A stretch of DNA of 64,000 nt, taken from positions 1 to 64,000 of the IMG/VR virus record IMGVR_UViG_3300019458_000006, one strand, 5' to 3'. Position numbers and translations under genes: made by a program. This document shows positions 1-7,691 of the stretch, one piece after another (the first letter of the stretch is position 1; every line of letters begins with the position of its first letter). This DNA comes from a virus. The notes beneath the pieces were generated by a model. The model was not told the DNA's origin. It saw only the letters and a list, made by a program, of their open reading frames with translations, and ran no database searches.

Positions 1-272
1 ATCGCCCGCATGCTGACACCATTCCCGACACTCGATAGAGGCTCGCCGTGGGTCCAGAGCAGCTTCGGCGTGCGGTTATGGTAACTCTGGACCGGGCACT
101 GCGAGTGAATCAGCTCGACGTCGGGATCGTCCCACGGCTGGCCATACAAGACGTCACCGCCGGGCTCGCGAATACAGACTTTATGGCCTTGCTTTTCCTC
201 AGCCGCCACCAGCTCCAAAGTCGTGAAGGCGAGGCCCGACACCTCTTTTTTCATAAAGTGAAGCAAATTCAT
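1..272 (-). CDS. partial CDS running off the left edge; glycosyltransferase-like (GT-B/GT4-like) N-terminus
   Basis: Own minus-strand translation from the ATG at 272: MNLLHFMKKEVSGLAFTTLELVAAEEKQGHKVCIREPGGDVLYGQPW... It stays open to position 1. The start resembles a GT4-type Rossmann N-terminus. It is absent from the ORF track because it is truncated. Confidence 0.35.
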   Translation of the reverse strand, partial: MNLLHFMKKEVSGLAFTTLELVAAEEKQGHKVCIREPGGDVLYGQPWDDPDVELIHSQCPVQSYHNRTPKLLWTHGEPLSSVGNGVSMRA

Positions 273-287
273 CAAAACATCCCTGCT

Positions 288-1025
288 TTAGATGTTGCAC
301 TGCTGCCAATTCATGCCGATTTCCACGCCCAGAGGGAAAGCCCTGGTGTTTTTGGTCGTCCGGCCTCCCCCTCCCGCCGCCGCCACGGCCACGTTGACGT
401 TCCCGCCGCCCAAAAACACGTTCCCGCTGGCCGTCACGGTCCAGGTCGGGTTATTCGCGGACCCCGTTTCCTTGCTCGCGCTGGCGGCCGTGGTGCCAAT
501 GCCGTCATCCCGGCTGTCCTGCCGTTCGGTATAGCTCTCGTTGATGGCCCACGTCGGGTCGCTGTTGTCGGTGCCCACGAGCTGCGCCAGGCACAGACCG
601 CCGGTGTCGGGCGTGACTTCGCCGGGCTGCGTGGTCGTCACGCCTGCGCCCCAGGCGTCGTTGACGGCGGCGAAGTCGGTGACAGGCGTCGTCTGGTTGG
701 CCCCGCTGACCGCATCGACCAGCATCACCACACCGAAAGTCGGAAAGGAGCTCGAAGTGGAAAAGGTGACCGTATGGCTACTACCGACACTCGTCGGCAG
801 GCAGCGAAACACGTGAATGTAGCTGCTGCCGTTGTTATATTCCGTGATCGCGACCCACGAATTTCCCTTGGAATCCGAGATGGAAATCGTGCCGCCGAAC
901 TGGTTGTTGTGGAGGAGGATGGCCTGCAGATAATCGGCCCCCGTGGTGTCCATGGCGGGCGACGTAATGTCGGCCGAGGCGGTCCTCCCGTGCTGCGTCG
1001 CGCCGGCGATGTAGGACCAGGCCAT
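288..1025 (-). CDS. hypothetical late-operon protein (beta-rich, Ser/Thr/Gly-rich; possibly carbohydrate-binding or fibre-associated)
   Basis: 245-aa ORF packed 3 nt from the next minus-strand ORF. The antisense 468-aa ORF has Arg/Gly/Pro-rich wrong-strand composition. Confidence 0.65.
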   Translation of the reverse strand: MAWSYIAGATQHGRTASADITSPAMDTTGADYLQAILLHNNQFGGTISISDSKGNSWVAITEYNNGSSYIHVFRCLPTSVGSSHTVTFSTSSSFPTFGVVMLVDAVSGANQTTPVTDFAAVNDAWGAGVTTTQPGEVTPDTGGLCLAQLVGTDNSDPTWAINESYTERQDSRDDGIGTTAASASKETGSANNPTWTVTASGNVFLGGGNVNVAVAAAGGGGRTTKNTRAFPLGVEIGMNWQQCNI

Positions 1026-1028
1026 GAT

Positions 1029-1433
1029 CTAAAGTCCAAAATACTCTGGCTTATAGGCGGCCTGGGCTTCCGCGGCGAGCGCGGTGATGGCTGGATCGTC
1101 GGCGGCAACAGCCCCCGCGACAACCTGCCGCTGGAGGACGGCCAGCTTTTCAGCCAGTGCGAAATAGGCGTTACGCTCGGCGACTTCTTTCGCCGGTGGG
1201 TCGGGTTCTTTCGGCGTCACGGGACCGCTCGGCACCGCTGCTTCCACGGCATCGAGGGCCGTGAAACGATCCAGGTCGCGATTGACCAGCACCTCCAGCC
1301 AGTCGCTGGGCGGCGCAGGGGAGGGCGGTCCGTAGGTGAGACTGAACGCTTGGCCCCCGTCGCGTGCATAACGCACCGTCACGACCAACGCCCCGGCGCG
1401 CCTCTCGGTGGCGACAACTTCAGCGGTCCACAT
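1029..1433 (-). CDS. hypothetical protein
   Basis: 134-aa ORF abutting 1435..3900 and 288..1025 in the same operon. Confidence 0.6.
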   Translation of the reverse strand: MWTAEVVATERRAGALVVTVRYARDGGQAFSLTYGPPSPAPPSDWLEVLVNRDLDRFTALDAVEAAVPSGPVTPKEPDPPAKEVAERNAYFALAEKLAVLQRQVVAGAVAADDPAITALAAEAQAAYKPEYFGL

Positions 1434-1434
1434 A

Positions 1435-3900
1435 TTACGGTAGCCTCGCCTTAATCAGCTCCGCGATGTCTTTGAGCAACTGCCGCACGACCAGATCGCT
1501 GCCTGCCGCCGGCGGGGGCGATGGTTCGACCGGGCGGGCAATCACTTCCACGGCGAGACTGCTCTCCGACGTACTCTTGCCGTCGTCCACTTGCACAGTC
1601 CATCGATAGGAGACCGGAGTCGGATAGGTGAATGCCCAGCCAGAATCAGACGCCGGACCGTTATAGGGCAGCTGCGGACCGCCGTTGATGGAGTAGTAGA
1701 TGGTCTTGGTGAGCGCGTCTCCGTCCGGGTCGCTGGTCGTATAAGAGTACGTCACCGTCCCCGGATAGACCTGTAATCCGGCGTTCGCGGGGTCAACGTC
1801 GATTGCGTCGGCCGTGATGGGCGAGACGACCGGCGGGCGATTGGCGGGCGGCGGTGTTCCGATCTCCACCCCCAGGGCATTCACCACGCCGGCGACGGCA
1901 AGGGCTGCGGCGGGAGGCGGCTCGAATACATCGTGCAGCCGGAAGCTCCTGCCGCTGCCCTGCCAGTTAAACACCTCCCACCTGCCGAACGGCCGAGGGT
2001 CGCGGTCCCAAGGGACCAGACCCTGGCCCAGAACGAGCAGGTCCGGGCCGCCGTCCATCCGCTCCAAGAGCGTGTTTTCGATCCGCACGTCCCACGGATT
2101 ATGCGTAATCATTCCGCCGTTGACGGGCGCCCATAGGGACCGCAGCCGCGAGTTTGTAATCGTCAGCGGCTGGGCATCGTGAACCGCCTCGCGAAACCCG
2201 TCGATGGTCACCTTGTCGAGAAATACCGGGCCGTTATAAGACCCGCTCGACATCAGGCCGACGCCCGGCAGGCCCACGAGAATCGAATGGTCGTTCTGGT
2301 TGGCGCGGTTGATGGGCTCATTGCTGATCCGAGAATTCGTCAATTCGATGGCCGCCCCCTCGCCGTTGCCTAACTCGATTCCGTTGAGACCCGAATTGAG
2401 AACGGTGAATCCGTCTCCCACGAAGTCCGTCCGCCATAATTCGAGACCGGCATGTTCATTCGCCAGCGCGACATTCCATTTGAAGCTGATGGGCCTGGCC
2501 GTGAGTGGGTCGAAGGCCGTATCCGGCGCGCCGCCCGGCTGGCTCGGAATCAAGCGGCCCGTGACCTGCGCCATATGTGTAAATGAGAAGCCCCGCGAGC
2601 TGCCGATGGCCACGCAATCCTCAACCGTGTGGCGCGAGCCGTGGAACCAGAATGCGGCCCCTTCGGCACCCGGCGCGAACGTCGAGGGGTCCACAAGCGA
2701 CCCCTTGCCGTCGGAAGGAAACGCGCGGCCGTTGATGATGGCTGGCGTGTTGCGGCTGCCGTGGCCCAGGCAGCGGATGTACTGCCCCCGGACTTCGTAG
2801 CCGTCCTCCACGGCAAAGGCCCCGCTGGGGCAGCGGTCGCCAACGCAGTCCTGCACGAGCAAGTCGTGAGTCCCATGTTGGACGACGCCGCCCCATTTGC
2901 TCACGTCGTATCCGTCGCAGAACAGACCCACGGCCCGGCCCGTCAATCCCTGCGCGTCGGCGTGGCCGTGGACATGGTGCCAATGCAGGGCATAGCGGCC
3001 GATCTGGTTGATGCCCAACTCGCCAGTCTGCGGGTTGAAGTTGTGGATTTTATGGCTGGCCGTACGCCCCAGGCCCAAAAAAGAGGCGAAGTACAGATGG
3101 ACGTGGGCGGTGTCCATGAACATGCAGTGACCGCGCACACCAGCGGCGTTTTCTGAACGGAACACGATGTTGCGAGTGGCGTTGGCGACATAGGGAAAGT
3201 ACCCCGAAACCCCCAGGTGTTCAAAATCCAGCCCTTTCGTAAGCGTGAGCCGGTCGCCGCTGATCGCGGCGATTTTCACAGAGGACTCTCGCCGCAGGGG
3301 CCGGTCGAGAATGCCCTTGTAGTTCAAGAAGTAGGGCTGCCGCGTGTCTGGGATGAGCAGCTCGTCGCCGACTTGCCATTGCATACGCTCAGTCGTGGTC
3401 AGAGTCGTAGCCCCGGCTGCCGCTCCCGGCATCGTCGTCCAAGTGCGGGCCATTGGTCGGCCGTGCACGAAGAATGCCCCGAAAACCAGCACGCCGTTGC
3501 CGAACTGCTCCGGGTCCGGGCCGAGAGTGCCGGCTGTGCCCGTGAGTAGCGGCGAGTCTTTCACCACGAAGTCCACCTTCCGCAGCACGGGGTCATTCGG
3601 CGTCCCCACGTCGAGCGTGCCACCGGGAAGGACTTGCAGGTGAATGAACCTGCAAACCGTATCGTCAGTGCGACTGACCCTGAGCGTGCCCGATACTTCA
3701 ATCACGTCAACGTCCGTGCTCGCAGGCAGCGTGACCATCGTATTGGCCGGCACAACCAGCTTCGATTGATAATGGGCCGAGAACCTCGGGACCGGCGTAT
3801 GGCCGTTACCGCTGATATGCGTTGGCGTTACCGTAGCCTCCTGGCTATAGGCGAAAGAAGCGGGCAGCAACACGAGCACGAGAGTCCGCAGATAATTCAT
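1435..3900 (-). CDS. signal-peptide-bearing right-handed beta-helix protein (G8/pectate-lyase-like) with C-terminal Ig-like region; depolymerase/tailspike-like
   Basis: The N-terminus MNYLRTLVLVLLPASFAYSQE looks like a Sec signal. Segments VIEVSGTLRV, HLQVLPGGTLDVGTPNDPV and IGRYALHWHHVHG are typical of G8/beta-helix proteins. The C-terminal part (PPVVSPITADAIDVDP...YSYTTSDPDGD) is Ig/cadherin-like. Confidence 0.6.
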   Translation of the reverse strand: MNYLRTLVLVLLPASFAYSQEATVTPTHISGNGHTPVPRFSAHYQSKLVVPANTMVTLPASTDVDVIEVSGTLRVSRTDDTVCRFIHLQVLPGGTLDVGTPNDPVLRKVDFVVKDSPLLTGTAGTLGPDPEQFGNGVLVFGAFFVHGRPMARTWTTMPGAAAGATTLTTTERMQWQVGDELLIPDTRQPYFLNYKGILDRPLRRESSVKIAAISGDRLTLTKGLDFEHLGVSGYFPYVANATRNIVFRSENAAGVRGHCMFMDTAHVHLYFASFLGLGRTASHKIHNFNPQTGELGINQIGRYALHWHHVHGHADAQGLTGRAVGLFCDGYDVSKWGGVVQHGTHDLLVQDCVGDRCPSGAFAVEDGYEVRGQYIRCLGHGSRNTPAIINGRAFPSDGKGSLVDPSTFAPGAEGAAFWFHGSRHTVEDCVAIGSSRGFSFTHMAQVTGRLIPSQPGGAPDTAFDPLTARPISFKWNVALANEHAGLELWRTDFVGDGFTVLNSGLNGIELGNGEGAAIELTNSRISNEPINRANQNDHSILVGLPGVGLMSSGSYNGPVFLDKVTIDGFREAVHDAQPLTITNSRLRSLWAPVNGGMITHNPWDVRIENTLLERMDGGPDLLVLGQGLVPWDRDPRPFGRWEVFNWQGSGRSFRLHDVFEPPPAAALAVAGVVNALGVEIGTPPPANRPPVVSPITADAIDVDPANAGLQVYPGTVTYSYTTSDPDGDALTKTIYYSINGGPQLPYNGPASDSGWAFTYPTPVSYRWTVQVDDGKSTSESSLAVEVIARPVEPSPPPAAGSDLVVRQLLKDIAELIKARLP

Positions 3901-3933
3901 GACAACCGTCCTGGGTAATCGTTATCCAGCAGC

Positions 3934-4089
3934 TTACCGGCGACAGTGTCGCAGAGGCCGCACAACCACCCGAACGACCTTGGCCGCAGCGCGACCCACA
4001 CCACGCACCCCACGGCCAACAGTTCCAGCTTGGGCATTGCCGGCCATCACCAGAGACAAAGCTACTGACAAAATACAGATGAAACGCAT
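3934..4089 (-). CDS. 51-aa secreted Arg-rich small protein (hypothetical)
   Basis: Own translation: MRFICILSVALSLVMAGNAQAGTVGRGVRGVGRAAAKVVRVVVRPLRHCRR. An AAGGAG Shine-Dalgarno lies 7 nt upstream of the ATG. The ORF is below the track's size cut-off. Confidence 0.4.
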   Translation of the reverse strand: MRFICILSVALSLVMAGNAQAGTVGRGVRGVGRAAAKVVRVVVRPLRHCRR

Positions 4090-4101
4090 GTCAAACTCCT
4101 T

Positions 4102-4470
4102 TTAGGGCAACCGTGTTTTAAGACGGCGACGGACGTTTGGGCCGAGGTTCTGGCGATCTTCCTTTTCTCGATCCCACTGAGTGTGGGTGACTATCGAGCT
4201 GACCGCCCAGACCTCCCGCAGCTGACCGTCCTTGTCGGCCCACTGCACCGCCCAGCCGCTGTCATGCTTTACTGGCGATAGTGTACCTGAATTGTCCATA
4301 CGCCAGAAGAACACCCTGCCAGCATACTCCCAGGCGATTAACTGGCGGAATACCAGGTCCCCGTTGCCGTCATAAAAGTGGTTAATTTCCAGCGTGGCGG
4401 CTGTGTCGTAGAGGGTGATGTCTGGAATCGGCAAGATCGCAAACAGCAACGTCGCCAGCAGGGACGCCAT
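4102..4470 (-). CDS. hypothetical protein with N-terminal signal/anchor
   Basis: 122-aa ORF with hydrophobic N-terminus MASLLATLLFAILPIP. Confidence 0.6.
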   Translation of the reverse strand: MASLLATLLFAILPIPDITLYDTAATLEINHFYDGNGDLVFRQLIAWEYAGRVFFWRMDNSGTLSPVKHDSGWAVQWADKDGQLREVWAVSSIVTHTQWDREKEDRQNLGPNVRRRLKTRLP

Positions 4471-4473
4471 TCC

Positions 4474-4689
4474 CTAGCCCTCCGACTGCGCCACCACTAG
4501 CGAACCGTCCGGGGACGTGTAGACACTAATCCCAGCCAGGCCATTCTCCAGGCTCCGCCTGGAGAATGTGCGACTGGCAAAATGCACACTAGCACCGGCA
4601 ATTCGCTCCCGCAGGGAGTCGTTCTCCTGCCACAGGATAGAGATCACGGACAGCAGGTCATTCGCGGTGGGGGTGATCTCCACTTCCAT
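4474..4689 (-). CDS. hypothetical small protein
   Basis: 71-aa ORF, 3-nt spacing from the downstream gene. Confidence 0.5.
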   Translation of the reverse strand: MEVEITPTANDLLSVISILWQENDSLRERIAGASVHFASRTFSRRSLENGLAGISVYTSPDGSLVVAQSEG

Positions 4690-4701
4690 GTAAATAGGCT
4701 C

Positions 4702-5136
4702 CTAGACGTTCTGGCGGCCGTCCCTGTCTCGCTTCAGGGCCTCGGCCAGCTCTTTGGCAGATGAGGCAGTTTGGGCAATATCCCTGGCTACATAAACCAT
4801 CTCGCGGGCAGCAAGCATGTCCTGGGAATGTTGATTCCTGGAGGCGGCCATTTCAATCGAGAAGGTATCGGTGAGCGTGGTGGTGGCGTCCTTGTGTTCC
4901 TTGGCCACCTCCCGAATGGTGTCGCCAGCCTGCTTATAGATCTCGCGGTTGTAGGTCAGGACGTACTTAACCGCGGCAGCCGAGCCAAGAAAGAGAACAA
5001 CCAACAAGGCCATCATCGTGTACATGACCCCGCGGGTCGGGTCATGGGCAGCCATCTGCTTCATGACCTCCTCAATGATGACAACTTCCGGAACGACCTG
5101 AGACAGCAGCATCTTTCGCGACTCCATTCGCTGCAA
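4702..5136 (-). CDS. single-pass membrane protein, holin-like by position
   Basis: 144 aa with one clear TM segment, VMYTMMALLVVLFLGSAAAVKYVL. It lies next to the membrane/peptidase genes at 5154-6502. Confidence 0.4.
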   Translation of the reverse strand: MQRMESRKMLLSQVVPEVVIIEEVMKQMAAHDPTRGVMYTMMALLVVLFLGSAAAVKYVLTYNREIYKQAGDTIREVAKEHKDATTTLTDTFSIEMAASRNQHSQDMLAAREMVYVARDIAQTASSAKELAEALKRDRDGRQNV

Positions 5137-5153
5137 ATCAAAGGGCTAATATA

Positions 5154-5612
5154 CTACAAACGCGGAAAGATGCGAAATCTGCCGTACGACCGGCGGCCAT
5201 GGCTCTGATAGGTAGGCCGTGGCTGGTAGTAGTACCGCGGACTGGACGCTGGCCGTGGGCAAGACCCGCCCACACACAGGGAGGCGCTGGGGATCATCAC
5301 GGGGGTCTGTGTGGCTACTTCCAGCTCTGCGACCCGTTTCCTGGCCAACTCTAACTGAGTCTGGCAGAATTCCAGCTCAGTAAGCGGCTGCGGCTCCGCC
5401 GAGACAACCTCCGGAGGAGAGGCGGACTCCTCCTGGGCTGCCACTGGCGGCGGTGTAAAAACTGCCGCCCCAGTCGTCACTCTGGAGGCGGCAGCCAAGG
5501 GCAGTTCGGCACCAGTAGAGGCCGGAACTGCTGAGGGATCTTTAATCAGCCCAATCGCCCCGATGGTGGCGGCCAGGCTTAAAATCAACAAGACGGCTGT
5601 GTTATTGTTCAT
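5154..5612 (-). CDS. membrane-anchored coiled-coil/Pro-rich protein, spanin-like by position
   Basis: I prefer the internal start MNNNTAVLLILSLAATIGAIGLI. Its ATG (5612-5610) overlaps the TGA (5611-5609) of the upstream gene as ATGA. The protein has an N-terminal TM, then LTELEFCQTQLELARKRVAELEV. Confidence 0.4.
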   Translation of the reverse strand: MNNNTAVLLILSLAATIGAIGLIKDPSAVPASTGAELPLAAASRVTTGAAVFTPPPVAAQEESASPPEVVSAEPQPLTELEFCQTQLELARKRVAELEVATQTPVMIPSASLCVGGSCPRPASSPRYYYQPRPTYQSHGRRSYGRFRIFPRL

Positions 5613-6502
5613 ATGGCCAATCCAGCTGGTTGATCCCAAGAGTCGGGGGTGACGACGGAAGCGACAGCAAAGGACCCGCTCCAGGCGGATTTTACCGTCC
5701 GCAGGGAGTCATACCGCACGATATCGTACGAGTCGATGTAGCCCATTACTTGTTCTTTAATGTTCCAGAAACCCCACGGAATAGCGTGGCCGCTGCGCCC
5801 GACGCTCACGAAGTAGCCGTGCAGGACCAGGCACACGGCCTGCTCCCAGGACTCTGGGAAGATGACCTCCAGAGGCTTGAACCACTTGGCTGTCTCCTCC
5901 CAGCCGCTAGGGAACCTGGAAAGCGGGACCCAGGAACCGCTGGCCTGATTCTTTCCCCCCACTCCGGTCGTGCCGACCAGGGCGTGGCGGAACTTATAGT
6001 CGCGAGGCTGAATCGTCTCCGGAAGCATACCCCGGCGGCAGGCGATCTCCAAGACCTGCCGGATGCCGGCCCCGCCCCACTGGCGTGGATTGGCTTCAGC
6101 ATACACCGACAATGGCGACAGCCAGACCGAGGCTATAGACGATTCTGAATAGCGATAGTTCTTCTGCGGACCATCAGGGAAGATGATTCCGCGCTGACGG
6201 TTTCTTGATCCCTCGACATTCACCCGCAAAGAATGGCAGGTGCATTCGTGAGTCGGGTCTTGATTAGTAAACCGATCAACATAGTTAACTGGCCAGGTGT
6301 TGTATTTAGTGTTGTCGCTGGCTTTGTCCGCCCAAAACTCCGGCTCGATCCACAGGGCTACTGGAAAGTCTCGCGCGGCAGCCCCGCAGCAATCCTTAAG
6401 GACGTCGATAGTGTCTCCCGCGGCCACATCGTCCGGGTAGCCGTCGTGGCTGGGGAGCACAACGTCCACCAACCGCTTATCGACAGAAGCATCAAAGTTC
6501 AC
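5609..6502 (-). CDS. putative papain-like Cys/His peptidase (endolysin candidate)
   Basis: 297 aa. A possible Cys (NQDPTHECTCHS) and His (GRSGHAIPWGFWN) pair has papain-like spacing. The gene sits directly upstream of membrane proteins. The function is weakly supported. Confidence 0.35.
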   Translation of the reverse strand: MNFDASVDKRLVDVVLPSHDGYPDDVAAGDTIDVLKDCCGAAARDFPVALWIEPEFWADKASDNTKYNTWPVNYVDRFTNQDPTHECTCHSLRVNVEGSRNRQRGIIFPDGPQKNYRYSESSIASVWLSPLSVYAEANPRQWGGAGIRQVLEIACRRGMLPETIQPRDYKFRHALVGTTGVGGKNQASGSWVPLSRFPSGWEETAKWFKPLEVIFPESWEQAVCLVLHGYFVSVGRSGHAIPWGFWNIKEQVMGYIDSYDIVRYDSLRTVKSAWSGSFAVASVVTPDSWDQPAGLAI

Positions 6503-6906
6503 TGCACCACCTCCAACACCGCCTGCTCGGTCTTGAGGTCCTTGGCTACTTTCAGCACTTGATCGCCGGACTGGACGACGAAGGCCGGCTCACCGGCCTC
6601 CCTGGCGGCCTTAGCGGCCACCCGATACTGGGATGGAACCTCTCCCAGGCCATTGACTGCATCATCCTCGTACTCGGTTGCCAGGACGGGCGGCGTCAGG
6701 CGGTTAAGCCGGTTCAGCCCGCTCCGCACAAAACCAGGGACCCCACCAGAGTCTTTCTCGTAGACGTAGGTAACGGACGAGGCCTTAACTGCCGGAACAA
6801 CCGGCAGGATATTGCCGCCCGACAACGCCATGTAAATGGCGGCCAAGACCAGCATCACGAAGATTCCGTCAACTTTTCTCACTTCCAGACGTCCTAAATT
6901 GCCCAA
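6499..6906 (-). CDS. membrane-anchored hypothetical protein
   Basis: 135-aa ORF (TTG start in the track; the start is uncertain) with TM segment IFVMLVLAAIYMAL. It overlaps 5609..6502 by 4 nt. Confidence 0.5.
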   Translation of the reverse strand: MGNLGRLEVRKVDGIFVMLVLAAIYMALSGGNILPVVPAVKASSVTYVYEKDSGGVPGFVRSGLNRLNRLTPPVLATEYEDDAVNGLGEVPSQYRVAAKAAREAGEPAFVVQSGDQVLKVAKDLKTEQAVLEVVQ

Positions 6907-6989
6907 TAGGCCGTCGCGCAGGCAATCACCAGCCCCAGGAATACCCCCAGAAAAAAAGCCCCAGATACGCCCCCAACGATTCCACTCAT
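6894..6989 (-). CDS. 31-aa hydrophobic peptide (hypothetical)
   Basis: Own translation: MSGIVGGVSGAFFLGVFLGLVIACATAYWAI. One TM segment. Below the track cut-off. Confidence 0.3.
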   Translation of the reverse strand: MSGIVGGVSGAFFLGVFLGLVIACATAYWAI

Positions 6990-6992
6990 GGC

Positions 6993-7247
6993 CTATTGCT
7001 TAATCTCTGAGAAGATGGCGTCGAAGACCGGCCCCATGGCCTGGCGGCCTGGGGAGCCTTCGGTAAAGTAGTCCTTGAGCTGGAGAGCCAGGTCTAAGGC
7101 GGCCTTGGAGTCCCTGACCTCCTGCTTCACGAACGGCTTACTCACTAGGGAGGTCAGGTATGGGCTGAACTGATACACCAGGGCGGCAGCCGCGAAGCCA
7201 CCGGCCCATAGGTAACTGGACGGTACTGGCCCTAATATCTCCCACAT
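6993..7247 (-). CDS. small membrane protein (hypothetical)
   Basis: 84 aa with TM segment YLWAGGFAAAALVYQF. Confidence 0.5.
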   Translation of the reverse strand: MWEILGPVPSSYLWAGGFAAAALVYQFSPYLTSLVSKPFVKQEVRDSKAALDLALQLKDYFTEGSPGRQAMGPVFDAIFSEIKQ

Positions 7248-7250
7248 GGC

Positions 7251-7544
7251 TTAGTTCTTGTGAATCATGTCATGGAAGCCGCGGATCAGCTGAGCCAGGA
7301 CTTTCTTGATCTGGGCGTCCACGAGCGGCTCGACCAGATTGGGGACGAAGGGAATGTCAACCGGAGCCACGAAGGTGTCGTACAGCTCATTAAACTGGGC
7401 GATGACGGCTTCGATCCCGATCTCGTCGGTCACGCCGTCCAGCGTCTCTCGGATGTAATCCAAGATGGCCACTAGCCGAGGACCGGCGGACACTGGCATG
7501 TCGCGAACTTCTGCCTGAAACTCGCTGTAAGATTTCTCAGCCAT
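7251..7544 (-). CDS. hypothetical acidic protein
   Basis: 97-aa ORF with a GGAGG Shine-Dalgarno upstream of the ATG at 7544. Confidence 0.6.
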   Translation of the reverse strand: MAEKSYSEFQAEVRDMPVSAGPRLVAILDYIRETLDGVTDEIGIEAVIAQFNELYDTFVAPVDIPFVPNLVEPLVDAQIKKVLAQLIRGFHDMIHKN

Positions 7545-7624
7545 TACAGCCTCCCTGCTGAGCGAAAGAATCCTGATACCGTCAAGTATAGCAAGAATCG
7601 AGAATGTGGAAGCAAACCGAATCG

Positions 7625-7691
7625 CACACCACCCAGAAGAAGTAAAAACGGCGGCGCTGCGACGATTTTGCTTCTTTTAGGGGGGGGGCTA
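7625..7691 (-). repeat. post-stop-codon intergenic element, copy 1 (terminator-like core plus conserved downstream box)
   Basis: The minus strand reads TAG-C9-TAAAAGAAGCAAAATCGTCGCAGCGCCGCCGTTTTT-ACTTCTTCTGGGTGGTGTGC. The 36-nt core is identical to 44072-44107 on the plus strand. Confidence 0.8.

Noticed and set aside
48-1454. 468-aa plus-strand ORF, the longest ORF at the left end.
   Set aside because: It is fully antisense to two well-packed minus-strand genes. Its product is Arg/Gly/Pro/Ala-rich with no domain-like segments, which is typical of a wrong-strand ORF in GC-rich DNA.
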